Positions 49,219-58,920 of a DNA stretch of 64,000 bases are shown piece after piece. Positions within the stretch are counted from its first letter, which is position 1, and each line of letters starts with the position of its first letter. This DNA is from Promethearchaeota archaeon (GTDB lineage: Archaea; Asgardarchaeota; Lokiarchaeia; Sigyniarchaeales; SOKP01). The translations under genes were made by a program, and so were the position numbers. The notes under the pieces are model-generated. The model saw only the letters and a program-made list of their open reading frames with translations, did no database searches and was not told the DNA's origin. The stretch covers positions 1-64,000 of the forward strand of contig JBHLOI010000014.1 in assembly GCA_048940645.1 (NCBI GenBank), read 5' to 3'.

Positions 49219-49318
49219 TTACAAATATAAAATTCATTTTTTAAAATTCTTTTTAATCCATAAAGATTTTATCATAAAATATATTTAGTATTTTAAAAAC
49301 AACTTATTCACTAGTAAG

Positions 49319-50431
49319 ATGACATTAACTTTAGATGAAAAAATTGCATTATTGCAGGAAGTCGGAGAAGAAATAATAAATCTAGATGAATTAAAGGAAA
49401 TGGTTAAATGGAAAAACGACCATAACCAAGAGATTTATGCTTATGATGGTTTTGAGCCTAGTGGTAATATTCACATAGCTCAAGGTTTATTAAGAGCAAT
49501 AAATGTAAATAAGATAACTAAAGCAGGAGTAAAATTTAAATTTCTCGTTGCTGATTGGCATGCTGCTGCTAATCTTAAATTTAATGGAGATCTGGAGGTT
49601 ATTAAAGAGGTTGGTAATTTTTTCATTGAAGTATGGAAAGTATGTGGAATGGATTTGGGTAAAGTAGAATTTATTTATGCTTCTGATATTGTAAAAGATC
49701 CAGCTTATTGGGAATTAGTTTTAAAAATTGCAATCAATAGTTCATTAAATCGAGTTAAAAGATGTACGCAAATAATGGGAAGAAGTGAATCTGAAAAACT
49801 TACAGCATCACAAATATTATATCCCTTAATGCAAACAGCTGATATTTTTTATCTCCCGGCAGATATATGTCAATTGGGATTAGACCAAAGAAAAGTGAAT
49901 ATGCTCGCGAGAGAGGTTGCTAACAAATTGAATAGACCTAAACCAGTTGCAGTTCACCACCATATGATAATGGGTTTAAATAAACCTCCAGATACAAATT
50001 TAACAGGTGTTGATAGAGTAATAAAACTTAAAATGTCTAAATCTGATCCGGATACTGCAATATTTATGCTAGACTCTCCTGATGATATTAAACGCAAGAT
50101 AAATAAAGCCTATTGTCCTCCAAAGCAAATAACTGAAAATCCGATATTGGAATATTGTAAATATATTATTTTTGAATTAAGAGATAAATTTAAAGTAAAT
50201 AGACCTCAGAAATATGGGGGCATCATAGAATATAATTCATTTAAAGAGTTGGAAAATGATTATGGAAAAGGAAATCTAAATCCTCCTGATTTAAAGCCAG
50301 CAGTAATAGAATATTTAAATCAATTACTACAACCTATAAGAGAACATTTTGAAAAAGATAAAAAAGCGAGAGAATTATATCTATATGTTAAAGAAGCCGA
50401 TGAAAAAGATAAAAATAGGAAGAAGAAATAA
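49319..50431 (+). CDS. tyrS: Tyrosyl-tRNA synthetase (archaeal/eukaryotic type)
   Basis: YDGFEPSG.IHIAQG, YPLMQ.AD, QLGLDQRKVNMLARE, KMSKS. Confidence 0.95.
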   Translation: MTLTLDEKIALLQEVGEEIINLDELKEMVKWKNDHNQEIYAYDGFEPSGNIHIAQGLLRAINVNKITKAGVKFKFLVADWHAAANLKFNGDLEVIKEVGNFFIEVWKVCGMDLGKVEFIYASDIVKDPAYWELVLKIAINSSLNRVKRCTQIMGRSESEKLTASQILYPLMQTADIFYLPADICQLGLDQRKVNMLAREVANKLNRPKPVAVHHHMIMGLNKPPDTNLTGVDRVIKLKMSKSDPDTAIFMLDSPDDIKRKINKAYCPPKQITENPILEYCKYIIFELRDKFKVNRPQKYGGIIEYNSFKELENDYGKGNLNPPDLKPAVIEYLNQLLQPIREHFEKDKKARELYLYVKEADEKDKNRKKK

Positions 50432-50448
50432 ACTTTTAAGAAGCAGTT

Positions 50449-51078
50449 ATGGTAAAATTTCTTATAATTGGAGATAGCCACGTTCCAAAAAGAGCGTCAA
50501 AAATTTCTGAGCAAATTCAGATTAAATTAGAAGAATTATCAAAATCAGAATTATTTGAATATACTTTTTTTACAGGGGATGAAATAAATTACCCTGAATT
50601 TATGGAATCTTTAAATATGATTACGAAAAGAGAGGTTTTTAGAGTTGTCGGGAACATGGATTACTATTATGGAAATAAAGAGGCTCCAAATTACCAAGAG
50701 CTTAATTTATTTATTGAAGAAAACAATAACTTAACTATTGGTTTAACTCATGGTCACCAAGTTTCTCCTCGCGGTGATCATAACCAACTTGAATTACTTG
50801 CTATAGAAAAAGAATATAATATAATGATTTCTGGGCATACTCATAAAGAAGAAATATTTCTTACAAAAAGTGGAATATTACTTATAAATCCAGGGAGTAT
50901 CACTGGGGCATGGTCTTTTGTCGCAAGTGGAATTCCATCATTTGTTATTATGTTTATTAGCAATAAAACCAAGACTATAGAGATATCCTTATTTCAATTA
51001 GATAAAAACTCAGATAAAATTAATGAAACTAAATCTTATTATACTTTTGAAAAAAACAAGATAAATTATAAATATTGA
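50449..51078 (+). CDS. Vps29/YfcE-family metallophosphoesterase
   Basis: GDSHVP.R, TGD, GNMD, HGHQVSPRGD, ISGHTHK, NPGSITGA, PSFVIM. Confidence 0.88.
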   Translation: MVKFLIIGDSHVPKRASKISEQIQIKLEELSKSELFEYTFFTGDEINYPEFMESLNMITKREVFRVVGNMDYYYGNKEAPNYQELNLFIEENNNLTIGLTHGHQVSPRGDHNQLELLAIEKEYNIMISGHTHKEEIFLTKSGILLINPGSITGAWSFVASGIPSFVIMFISNKTKTIEISLFQLDKNSDKINETKSYYTFEKNKINYKY

Positions 51079-51120
51079 TTAGATTTACTCAATAAAATTG
51101 AGGAAAAAGGATAAGAAGTA

Positions 51121-51546
51121 TTATTGTGGTTGTTTTATTTTATCTAAAACTAAAATTTTTGGCAGTTTCAATAATATCCTTAGATATCCTTTCCCTGTAT
51201 TTCCTTTTTTATATCTTAATTTTTTAAAACTAAATTTATTCTTCTTAAACATCATATGAAGAGTCGAGTATTCTCCACTAGAGAAATACATTAAATCTTC
51301 AGGATCTGCTATAATTTCTAAATCATAGTCATCTAATTCTCCCTTACTCAAAGCATAATTACCATCATTTGCAATAAGATTTGTCCAAAAGATATAATCT
51401 TCGTGAATGTGAAGTCCTAAATTGATTTTTGCTTTAAATTTTTTAAGATTTTTTAAATTTTTAGGGTTTTTTCGCTTATCATCAATTATACTTTCTATAA
51501 CCCCTTTAAATGTAATAAACAGATTTTCCTTTTCAAAATCTTCCAT
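51121..51546 (-). CDS. Divergent SCP2-like protein (putative)
   Basis: DLEIIADPEDLMYFSSGE.S....F..KL pattern reminiscent of the SCP2 fold. Confidence 0.5.
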   Translation of the reverse strand: MEDFEKENLFITFKGVIESIIDDKRKNPKNLKNLKKFKAKINLGLHIHEDYIFWTNLIANDGNYALSKGELDDYDLEIIADPEDLMYFSSGEYSTLHMMFKKNKFSFKKLRYKKGNTGKGYLRILLKLPKILVLDKIKQPQ

Positions 51547-51671
51547 TTTAACACACCCTAGTAATAGAAATTTTTTGTAACTAAGATTGCAATTAATAAT
51601 TTATTTAATTTAATAAAGATATAAGTATAATTAATATCCAAATTAGCAAACAATTAATTAAATATACAAAA

Positions 51672-52880
51672 GTGAATGAAAATATGTGGTTCTTTTTTTC
51701 TCCAAATATTATTTATGGACCAGATTCAATAGATTTTTTTGAAAATATCTCTGGTAGCAAATGTTTTATTATAACAGACAAACTTCTAGAGGAACTAGGA
51801 TATTTGAAAATATTGACAGATAAACTAGAAAAATTTGGTAAAGACTTTACAGTTTTTAATGAAGTTCTTCCTGATCCAAGAGAAGAGGGTGTTTTAAAAG
51901 CAAATAAACTCTGTAAGGAATATAAGCCCGATATTATTATCGCACTTGGTGGTGGTTCTGTAATGGACACCGCAAAAACAATTTGGTGTTTATATGAATA
52001 TCCAGAACTTAATCTTGACGATATTTATGTTTTTAGAGCTGATCTCTATGATATGGGAAAAAAGGCTAAGATGGTTGCCATACCAACAACCTCTGGGACA
52101 GGAGCAGAAACTACATTTGTGACTGTAATTTCACGCTATGAAGATGAAATTTGGAAGAAGTATCTGTATATTCATAGAGGATTAATTCCAACATATGCGA
52201 TTGTAGATCCTATCTTTCCGACTGGTATGCCCCCCAAATTAACCGTTGATACCGCATTTGATGCATTAGCACATTCAATTGAGGGTTTAGGATCTCTATG
52301 GAGGAATGAATTTAGCAACGCACTAGCTTTAAAAGCAATTGAACTAATTTTTAAATATCTACCAATTGCTTTTAAAGACGGGAAAAATCAAGAAGCAAGA
52401 GACTATATGCATCAAGCTGCAACTATAGCAGGTTTAGCGTTTGGGAATGGGCAAGTTCATATCGGGCATACTTTAGGACATAGTTTTGGTTCTTTATTTC
52501 ATATACCACATGGCCGTTCTGTAGGAATTGTACTTAAATATGTTACCCAATTTATTATGAATGATCCTAATAGCGATGAAGTCGTTAAAATCTATTCCAA
52601 ATTAGCAAAACAATTAGGATGGGCTAAATGGGATGAAGATGATAGAAATGCCTCGCTAGAGGTAATAAAAAGAATTGAAGATTTGGCAAAAGAAGTTAAC
52701 TTTCCTCTTTCACTTAAAGAATGTGGAGTTTCAAAGGAAGAATTTGAGAAAAACATTGATACTCTTATAGATTTATGTTATCAAGATGCAAGTTCTACGC
52801 TAACGCCAAGATCAATTTCTGATGAGGAATTTAGGAAATTATACCGCTATGCTTATGATGGTAAAGATATTGACTTTTAA
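51672..52880 (+). CDS. Iron-containing alcohol dehydrogenase
   Basis: IALGGGSVMD.AK, IPTTSGTGAE, DALAHSIE, GHTLGH...HIPHG. Confidence 0.93.
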   Translation: MNENMWFFFSPNIIYGPDSIDFFENISGSKCFIITDKLLEELGYLKILTDKLEKFGKDFTVFNEVLPDPREEGVLKANKLCKEYKPDIIIALGGGSVMDTAKTIWCLYEYPELNLDDIYVFRADLYDMGKKAKMVAIPTTSGTGAETTFVTVISRYEDEIWKKYLYIHRGLIPTYAIVDPIFPTGMPPKLTVDTAFDALAHSIEGLGSLWRNEFSNALALKAIELIFKYLPIAFKDGKNQEARDYMHQAATIAGLAFGNGQVHIGHTLGHSFGSLFHIPHGRSVGIVLKYVTQFIMNDPNSDEVVKIYSKLAKQLGWAKWDEDDRNASLEVIKRIEDLAKEVNFPLSLKECGVSKEEFEKNIDTLIDLCYQDASSTLTPRSISDEEFRKLYRYAYDGKDIDF

Positions 52881-53041
52881 GATTAAACTTTTCTAAATTT
52901 TCTTCTTTTTAAAAAATAATTTTTTTACGAAAAAACAATTTTACAAAATGTTAAACATAAATATAACATTTTTATATTATTTTTTTAGGTGCTGAGAAAG
53001 TTAAATAATCAACTAATTAAATCATTATTAAGGATTATCGC

Positions 53042-54772
53042 ATGGCTATTTTAGAAACAGAGCAAAAATACTTAAAACGCTTAGAATTATCTATAGGATT
53101 TCCAATTCCTAGAGTGTCAGACTTACATAGTTATACAGTGGGCTATACTTTACAAGATGGCCACATTTCTGGATTAGGTCTTTTTTCTTGTGGATTAAAG
53201 ATTATTCATGAAAAAATTAACGTCTTATCTCATTTAAAGCAGCTTCTATTAAGAGGAAATAGATTAAAAGTTATACCTGAAGATTTATCGTTTGTTTATT
53301 CATTAGATAGCTTAGACTTAAGCGAAAATAATCTAATTAAAATGCCAAAAGCTATATTTTCGTTAAATAATTTAAAACAATTATTTATTGAATCAAATAA
53401 GTTAACTTCTGTACCAAAAACTATAAGTTCATTAGCATCTCTTGAGCTATTAGATTTAAGCGGTAATATTTTAACAACTATACCAGAATCATTATGTGCA
53501 TTATCTAGCTTAAAAACTTTAGATTTAAGCAGAAATAAAATTTATGAACTCCCTAAAGCGATTGGAAATTTAACATCGCTAGAAATATTATATCTTGGTA
53601 ATAATAATTTAACCACTCTTCCAGAATCTATCAGTTCCTTGAAATCCTTAAAAAGATTAAATTTAAGATCTAATAAACTAGATTATCTTCCAGATTCTAT
53701 TGGGGATTTAGTGTCTTTAACTTCCTTATTTTTAAAGGGAAATAACTTAATCTCTCTTCCAAGTTCAATTGGTAAAATGATTAATCTTAAATATTTAGGA
53801 CTTTCATCTAATAAATTGTCCAATTTGCCTGAATCCATTGGTTCATTAACCTCGTTAGAAAACTTAAGTTTGGCTTCAAATTATTTAACTGATATTCCTA
53901 AATCAATTGGATTTCTTAATTCCTTGTTGAGACTAGAACTTACTAATAATAAATTAACAATTCTACCCGACTTTAACAATTTAAGTTCTCTTAAAGTATT
54001 AAGATTAGATCGTAATAATCTAACAAAACTTCCAGAATCAATTGGAAATTTAACAGCATTAGAAATTTTAAATTTAGATCAAAATGAAATTGATAGTCTA
54101 CCAGAAACCATCAGTAATCTTTCTTTATTAAAAGAATTAGATTTATTTGATAATAAGTTGAATGAACTTCCAGAGCTATTTGGAAATTTAAAAATGTTAG
54201 AGATTTTAGATTTAAGTAGAAACCAATTAAAAGAATTACCAGGAGCTATTGGATCACTTTCCTCATTAAAAGAATTAGATCTTTCTAATAATAAATTAGA
54301 ACAATTACCAAATTCTATAGGTTCTTTAGTGTTGTTAAAAAATCTTATTTTAGGATTTAATCGTTTAAAGTTGATTCCAGGAACAATTGGATTATTAAAA
54401 AATCTAGAAACTCTTGATATAGGGAAGAATAATTTAAAAGGAATTACGGATTCAATTGGTTCATTAAAATCACTTAAAAGACTATATTTATATTATAATG
54501 AAATAGAAGATATTCCAGAGTCTATAGGAGAACTTGAATCATTAAAATATTTATATTTAGGAAACAATAAACTGACGAAACTTCCCGTTTCTTTAGGAAA
54601 GCTTAAATCTCTTAAATACTTATTTTTAAGAACAAATAATATTACCGAATTACCTATAACTGTTGAATCCTTGACTTCTCTCAAGTACTTAAATATAGAA
54701 AGAAATAATTTAATAAAATTTCCTTATTTACTAGATAGATTAGAAGACCAAGACGTAAAAGTCATTAAATAG
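53042..54772 (+). CDS. Leucine-rich-repeat protein (22 canonical LRRs of about 23 aa, no effector domain)
   Basis: LxxLxLxxNxLxxLPxSIGxL repeats counted by eye; short N-terminal cap. Confidence 0.95.
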   Translation: MAILETEQKYLKRLELSIGFPIPRVSDLHSYTVGYTLQDGHISGLGLFSCGLKIIHEKINVLSHLKQLLLRGNRLKVIPEDLSFVYSLDSLDLSENNLIKMPKAIFSLNNLKQLFIESNKLTSVPKTISSLASLELLDLSGNILTTIPESLCALSSLKTLDLSRNKIYELPKAIGNLTSLEILYLGNNNLTTLPESISSLKSLKRLNLRSNKLDYLPDSIGDLVSLTSLFLKGNNLISLPSSIGKMINLKYLGLSSNKLSNLPESIGSLTSLENLSLASNYLTDIPKSIGFLNSLLRLELTNNKLTILPDFNNLSSLKVLRLDRNNLTKLPESIGNLTALEILNLDQNEIDSLPETISNLSLLKELDLFDNKLNELPELFGNLKMLEILDLSRNQLKELPGAIGSLSSLKELDLSNNKLEQLPNSIGSLVLLKNLILGFNRLKLIPGTIGLLKNLETLDIGKNNLKGITDSIGSLKSLKRLYLYYNEIEDIPESIGELESLKYLYLGNNKLTKLPVSLGKLKSLKYLFLRTNNITELPITVESLTSLKYLNIERNNLIKFPYLLDRLEDQDVKVIK

Positions 54773-54953
54773 ATTTTAATTTTTATTATTTTTTTTTCTA
54801 TCCATTCATCTAAAATTAATATTAACTTCATTAATTTCAAAAAGAATAAAATATGTGGATTTAGAAAACATTATTGTTGTTGGTAAAACTTAAAAGGTTA
54901 AAACTCACAAGGTATTAATAACTATATAATCAAAATAATTAAAAGGAAATGAT

Positions 54954-56792
54954 ATGAAAGGATTTATTGGAAAATTAATAAGGATTAATCTGAGTAATAA
55001 GGAAATTTCTGAAGAACCGCTTGATGAAGTAATAGCTAAAAATTTTTTAGGAGCTGCAGGTTATTGTGTAAGATATTTATATGATAAAATAGATAAAGAG
55101 ACAGATCCATTATCACCTGAAAATATTTTAATGATTATGACTGGACCTTTATGTGGATCAAACGCACCTACTAGTGGAAGATTTGCAATATGCTCTAAAT
55201 CACCTTATACTGGCATTTGGGGAGAAGCAATTTGTGGTGGCTTTTTTGGACCAGAGTTAAGAAAAGCAGGGTTTGATGGAATTATAATTGAGGGTGCATC
55301 AGAATCTCCTGTATATTTAGATATTATTAATGGGAAAACTGAAATTAGAGATGCTACTGATTTATGGGGCAAGGGTACATTTGAAACATCAGAACTCTTG
55401 AAGAGTCGTTCAGGATCAAATCTAACGAGAGTTGCTTGCATCGGTCCTGCTGGTGAAAATTTAATAAAGTATGCAACTATAGCTTCTGAAGAAAAAGCTG
55501 CAGGAAGAACTGGAATGGGTGCTGTAATGGGTTCAAAAAAGCTGAAAGCAATTAGCATTAGAGCTCCAAAGAGAAGTTATGAACCTGCAAAACCAGATGA
55601 ATTTAAAGAAGCAGTTAAAAAAACGACAGAAGAAGTGATGTCATCTTTTGCTACACAGATGTTTGGAATTCTGGGTACATCTGGAGGAGTTGATAAATGG
55701 AACTCTGAGGGAGAATTACCCATAAAATATTGGACTTTAGGAACTTGGGACGGAGCTTTTGATATTTCTGGAGCTACGGCCTCAGAAAAAGTGTTCTCAA
55801 GAAGTTATCCCTGTTTTTCTTGTCCTATAGGATGTGCTAAAAAAGCAATGATAAAAGAAGGAGAATATAAAACTGATCAGGAAATTGAGGCTGCAGAGTA
55901 TGAAACTGTAGCAAGTTTTGGTTCCTTGATTCTTAATAACAATCTTGAATCAATACAACAAGCTAATTACTTATGCAATGATCTCGGAATTGATACTATT
56001 AGTGGAGGTAGTACAATAGCATTTATCTATTATTTATTTAATAATGGAAAAATAATCCCTTCGGATATCGATGGTCTAGAACCCAAATGGGGAGATATAA
56101 AACCAGCTTTTGAAATGATAAAGAAAATTGGACTTCGAAAAGAAATAGGAGATCTTTTGGCTGAGGGTTCAGATGTTGTTGGGAAAAAATTCAATATTTC
56201 TCAAGATGAAATCGCTACGGCATATGGAATGGAGATTCCTTATCATGATTTAAGGCGATGTTATGGTAATGCTATCGCTTATGGTATAGGAACTACTAGA
56301 GGACCTTGTCATACAAGTTGCGATCCATATTATGTATTATTAGGACTTCCATTAGAAGAATTTGGGATTAATCTAAATGTTGATTGGTATTCAGATGGTG
56401 AAGATATGACCATACTAAGTGCTAGAGTTCAAGATTATCGAGCAATATATAATTCCTTAGTAATGTGTAGTTTTGCCAACCCGCCTCCTTCTATGATTAT
56501 TGAAATGTTAAATACAGCCACAGGTTTAGATTATGATATAGAAAAATTCAAATTACTAGGTGAAAGAATCTATATGATGAAAAGACTATTTAATCTGAAA
56601 ATGGGCATAACTCCCGAAGATGACAAGTTACCAAAAATAGTATTAGACCCAGTTAATGAAGGAGGTTCGGCAGGAAAGACACCAGATTTTCAAAAATTAA
56701 AAAATGCTTATTATAAATATCGAACATTCGATCCCCAAACAGGCTATCCGAGTAAGGAAAAATTAAAAAGTTTAGGTTTAGATAACTTATAA
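54954..56792 (+). CDS. aor: Tungsten-type aldehyde:ferredoxin oxidoreductase family protein
   Basis: KSPYTG..GE..CGG.FG.EL..AG.D, CIGPAGEN, AGRTGMGAVMGSK, CFSCPIGC, EYET, G.DTISGG. Confidence 0.92.
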   Translation: MKGFIGKLIRINLSNKEISEEPLDEVIAKNFLGAAGYCVRYLYDKIDKETDPLSPENILMIMTGPLCGSNAPTSGRFAICSKSPYTGIWGEAICGGFFGPELRKAGFDGIIIEGASESPVYLDIINGKTEIRDATDLWGKGTFETSELLKSRSGSNLTRVACIGPAGENLIKYATIASEEKAAGRTGMGAVMGSKKLKAISIRAPKRSYEPAKPDEFKEAVKKTTEEVMSSFATQMFGILGTSGGVDKWNSEGELPIKYWTLGTWDGAFDISGATASEKVFSRSYPCFSCPIGCAKKAMIKEGEYKTDQEIEAAEYETVASFGSLILNNNLESIQQANYLCNDLGIDTISGGSTIAFIYYLFNNGKIIPSDIDGLEPKWGDIKPAFEMIKKIGLRKEIGDLLAEGSDVVGKKFNISQDEIATAYGMEIPYHDLRRCYGNAIAYGIGTTRGPCHTSCDPYYVLLGLPLEEFGINLNVDWYSDGEDMTILSARVQDYRAIYNSLVMCSFANPPPSMIIEMLNTATGLDYDIEKFKLLGERIYMMKRLFNLKMGITPEDDKLPKIVLDPVNEGGSAGKTPDFQKLKNAYYKYRTFDPQTGYPSKEKLKSLGLDNL

Positions 56793-56889
56793 TACCTCTC
56801 TTTTTTCTTTTTGTTAAAACTTTTCTATTAGATTTTTTCTAATTCTGTTTTATTTAAAATTTAAATATTAGAGGGAGTTAGATATCAAT

Positions 56890-58902
56890 ATGGATATCTT
56901 AAAAGCTATCAAAGTAAAATTGCCCGATGTGTTACCACCTGATCCAATTTTTAAAGAAGGTATTCGGAGAGCTCCAAATCGTGGATATAATTTATCTAAA
57001 AAAGAAACAGAACTAGCATTGAAAAATGCTTTAAGATATATTCCTGAAAAGCTACAAAAGATTATTGCTCCAGAATTTTTAAATGAACTAGTAGCTAAAG
57101 GAAGAATTTATGGATATCGATATAGACCCACTGGTGAAATAAAAGCTAAACCTATTACGGACTATCAAGGTATTCTGGAAGCCAGAGCTATACAATTAAT
57201 GATTGATAATAATCTAGATTTTGAAGTAGCATTATACCCTTATGAATTGGTTACTTATGGCGAAAGTGGGCAAGTATGTCAGAATTGGATGCAATATCAG
57301 TTGATAAAGAAATATCTTGAACTTATGAATGAAAATCAGACTCTTGTTGTGATGTCAGGGCATCCTTTAGGGCTCTTTCCTAGCAAACGAGAAGCCCCTA
57401 GAGTGATTATGACAAACGGTTTAATGATAGGGATGTTTGATACATCACAAGATTTTCAACGATTAACAGCTTTGGGTGTTGCTAATTATGGTCAAATGAC
57501 TGCAGGAGGATGGATGTATATAGGGCCTCAAGGGATTGTGCACGGAACTTATATAACTCTACTAAATGCTGGTAGATTATATTTAAAAATTTCTCCAAAA
57601 GAAGGACTTAAAGGAATTTTGTATCTCAGTTCAGGATTAGGTGGTATGAGCGGTGCTCAAGCGAAAGCAGTTGAAATAGCAGGGGGAATTGGAGTAATAG
57701 CAGAAGTAGATTATTCTAGAATTCAAACGCGTTATGAACAAGGATGGGTGAGCAAAACATCAGATAATCTCGAGGAAATTTTTAATTGGGTTGATGATTA
57801 CAAGAGAAAAGGTGAAGCAATATCTATTGCTTATCATGGAAATATAATAGATGTATGGGAATATGTTGTAAATAATAATATTGTTGTTGAACTTGCTTCT
57901 GATCAGACCTCTTGTCATGCAGCTTATGAAGGGGGCTATACCCCCATGGGAATAAGTTTTGAAGAAGGTAGAGAACTTTTAAAGACAGATCGAGAGATAT
58001 TTATAAGCAAAGTAAATGAATCTCTTAAAAAGCATTATGAATTGATTAAGGAAATGTCTCAGAGGGGGACAAAGTTTTGGGATTATGGAAATTCATTTCT
58101 CAAAGCAGTTTATGACGCAGGAGCAACTGATATAGCAATTGGGGGTGATCCTAAGAATGGTTTTATTTTTCCTTCTTATGTTCAAGATATAATGGGACCA
58201 ATTTGTTTTGATTTTGGGTATGGTCCCTTTCGTTGGGTTTGTTTAAGTTTAAAGCATTCTGATCTAATTAAAACTGATGAGGCAGCTCTTTCATGTATAG
58301 ACCCCAATAGAAGAGCTCAAGATCGTGATAATTGGTATTGGATAAAAAATGCTGAAGATAATAACTTAGTCGTTGGATCTCAAGCTCGTATATTATATGC
58401 AGATAGAGAGACTCGCGTAAAAATAGCACTAAAATTCAATGAGATGATAAGAAATGGAGAAATAGGACCTATTATGTTAGGAAGAGATCATCATGATACT
58501 GGAGGTACAGATTCACCATTTAGAGAAACTTCTAATATTAAAGATGGTAGTAATATAATGGCAGAAATGGCTCATCATTGTTGGGCTGGAAATATAGCAA
58601 GAGGAATGACAATGTGCGTTCTTTCTAATGGGGGCGGGGTTGGTACAGGGAAAGCTATAAATGGTGGATTTGGATTAGTAATGGATGGTTCGCAACGAGT
58701 AAATGAAATTATTAAAAGTGCTATTGACTGGGATGTCTCATGTGGTGTTGCTCGAAGGGCATGGGCTACAAATAAAAATGCTCTTGAAGTAGCCAAAATT
58801 TGGAATATGGAGCATAAAGACGGATATATTACAATTCCTTTTTTAGCTGATAATGACTTAATAAAGGATGTGATAAATAATTATTTCAAAAGTCCAAAAT
58901 AA
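56890..58902 (+). CDS. hutU: Urocanate hydratase (long form)
   Basis: NNLD..VA..P.ELVTYG, YGQMTAGGWMYIGPQGIVHGT, SGLGGMSGAQ, SDQTSCH, GRDHHD. Confidence 0.96.
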   Translation: MDILKAIKVKLPDVLPPDPIFKEGIRRAPNRGYNLSKKETELALKNALRYIPEKLQKIIAPEFLNELVAKGRIYGYRYRPTGEIKAKPITDYQGILEARAIQLMIDNNLDFEVALYPYELVTYGESGQVCQNWMQYQLIKKYLELMNENQTLVVMSGHPLGLFPSKREAPRVIMTNGLMIGMFDTSQDFQRLTALGVANYGQMTAGGWMYIGPQGIVHGTYITLLNAGRLYLKISPKEGLKGILYLSSGLGGMSGAQAKAVEIAGGIGVIAEVDYSRIQTRYEQGWVSKTSDNLEEIFNWVDDYKRKGEAISIAYHGNIIDVWEYVVNNNIVVELASDQTSCHAAYEGGYTPMGISFEEGRELLKTDREIFISKVNESLKKHYELIKEMSQRGTKFWDYGNSFLKAVYDAGATDIAIGGDPKNGFIFPSYVQDIMGPICFDFGYGPFRWVCLSLKHSDLIKTDEAALSCIDPNRRAQDRDNWYWIKNAEDNNLVVGSQARILYADRETRVKIALKFNEMIRNGEIGPIMLGRDHHDTGGTDSPFRETSNIKDGSNIMAEMAHHCWAGNIARGMTMCVLSNGGGVGTGKAINGGFGLVMDGSQRVNEIIKSAIDWDVSCGVARRAWATNKNALEVAKIWNMEHKDGYITIPFLADNDLIKDVINNYFKSPK

Positions 58903-58920
58903 ATTAAATGTTTTAAAAAA

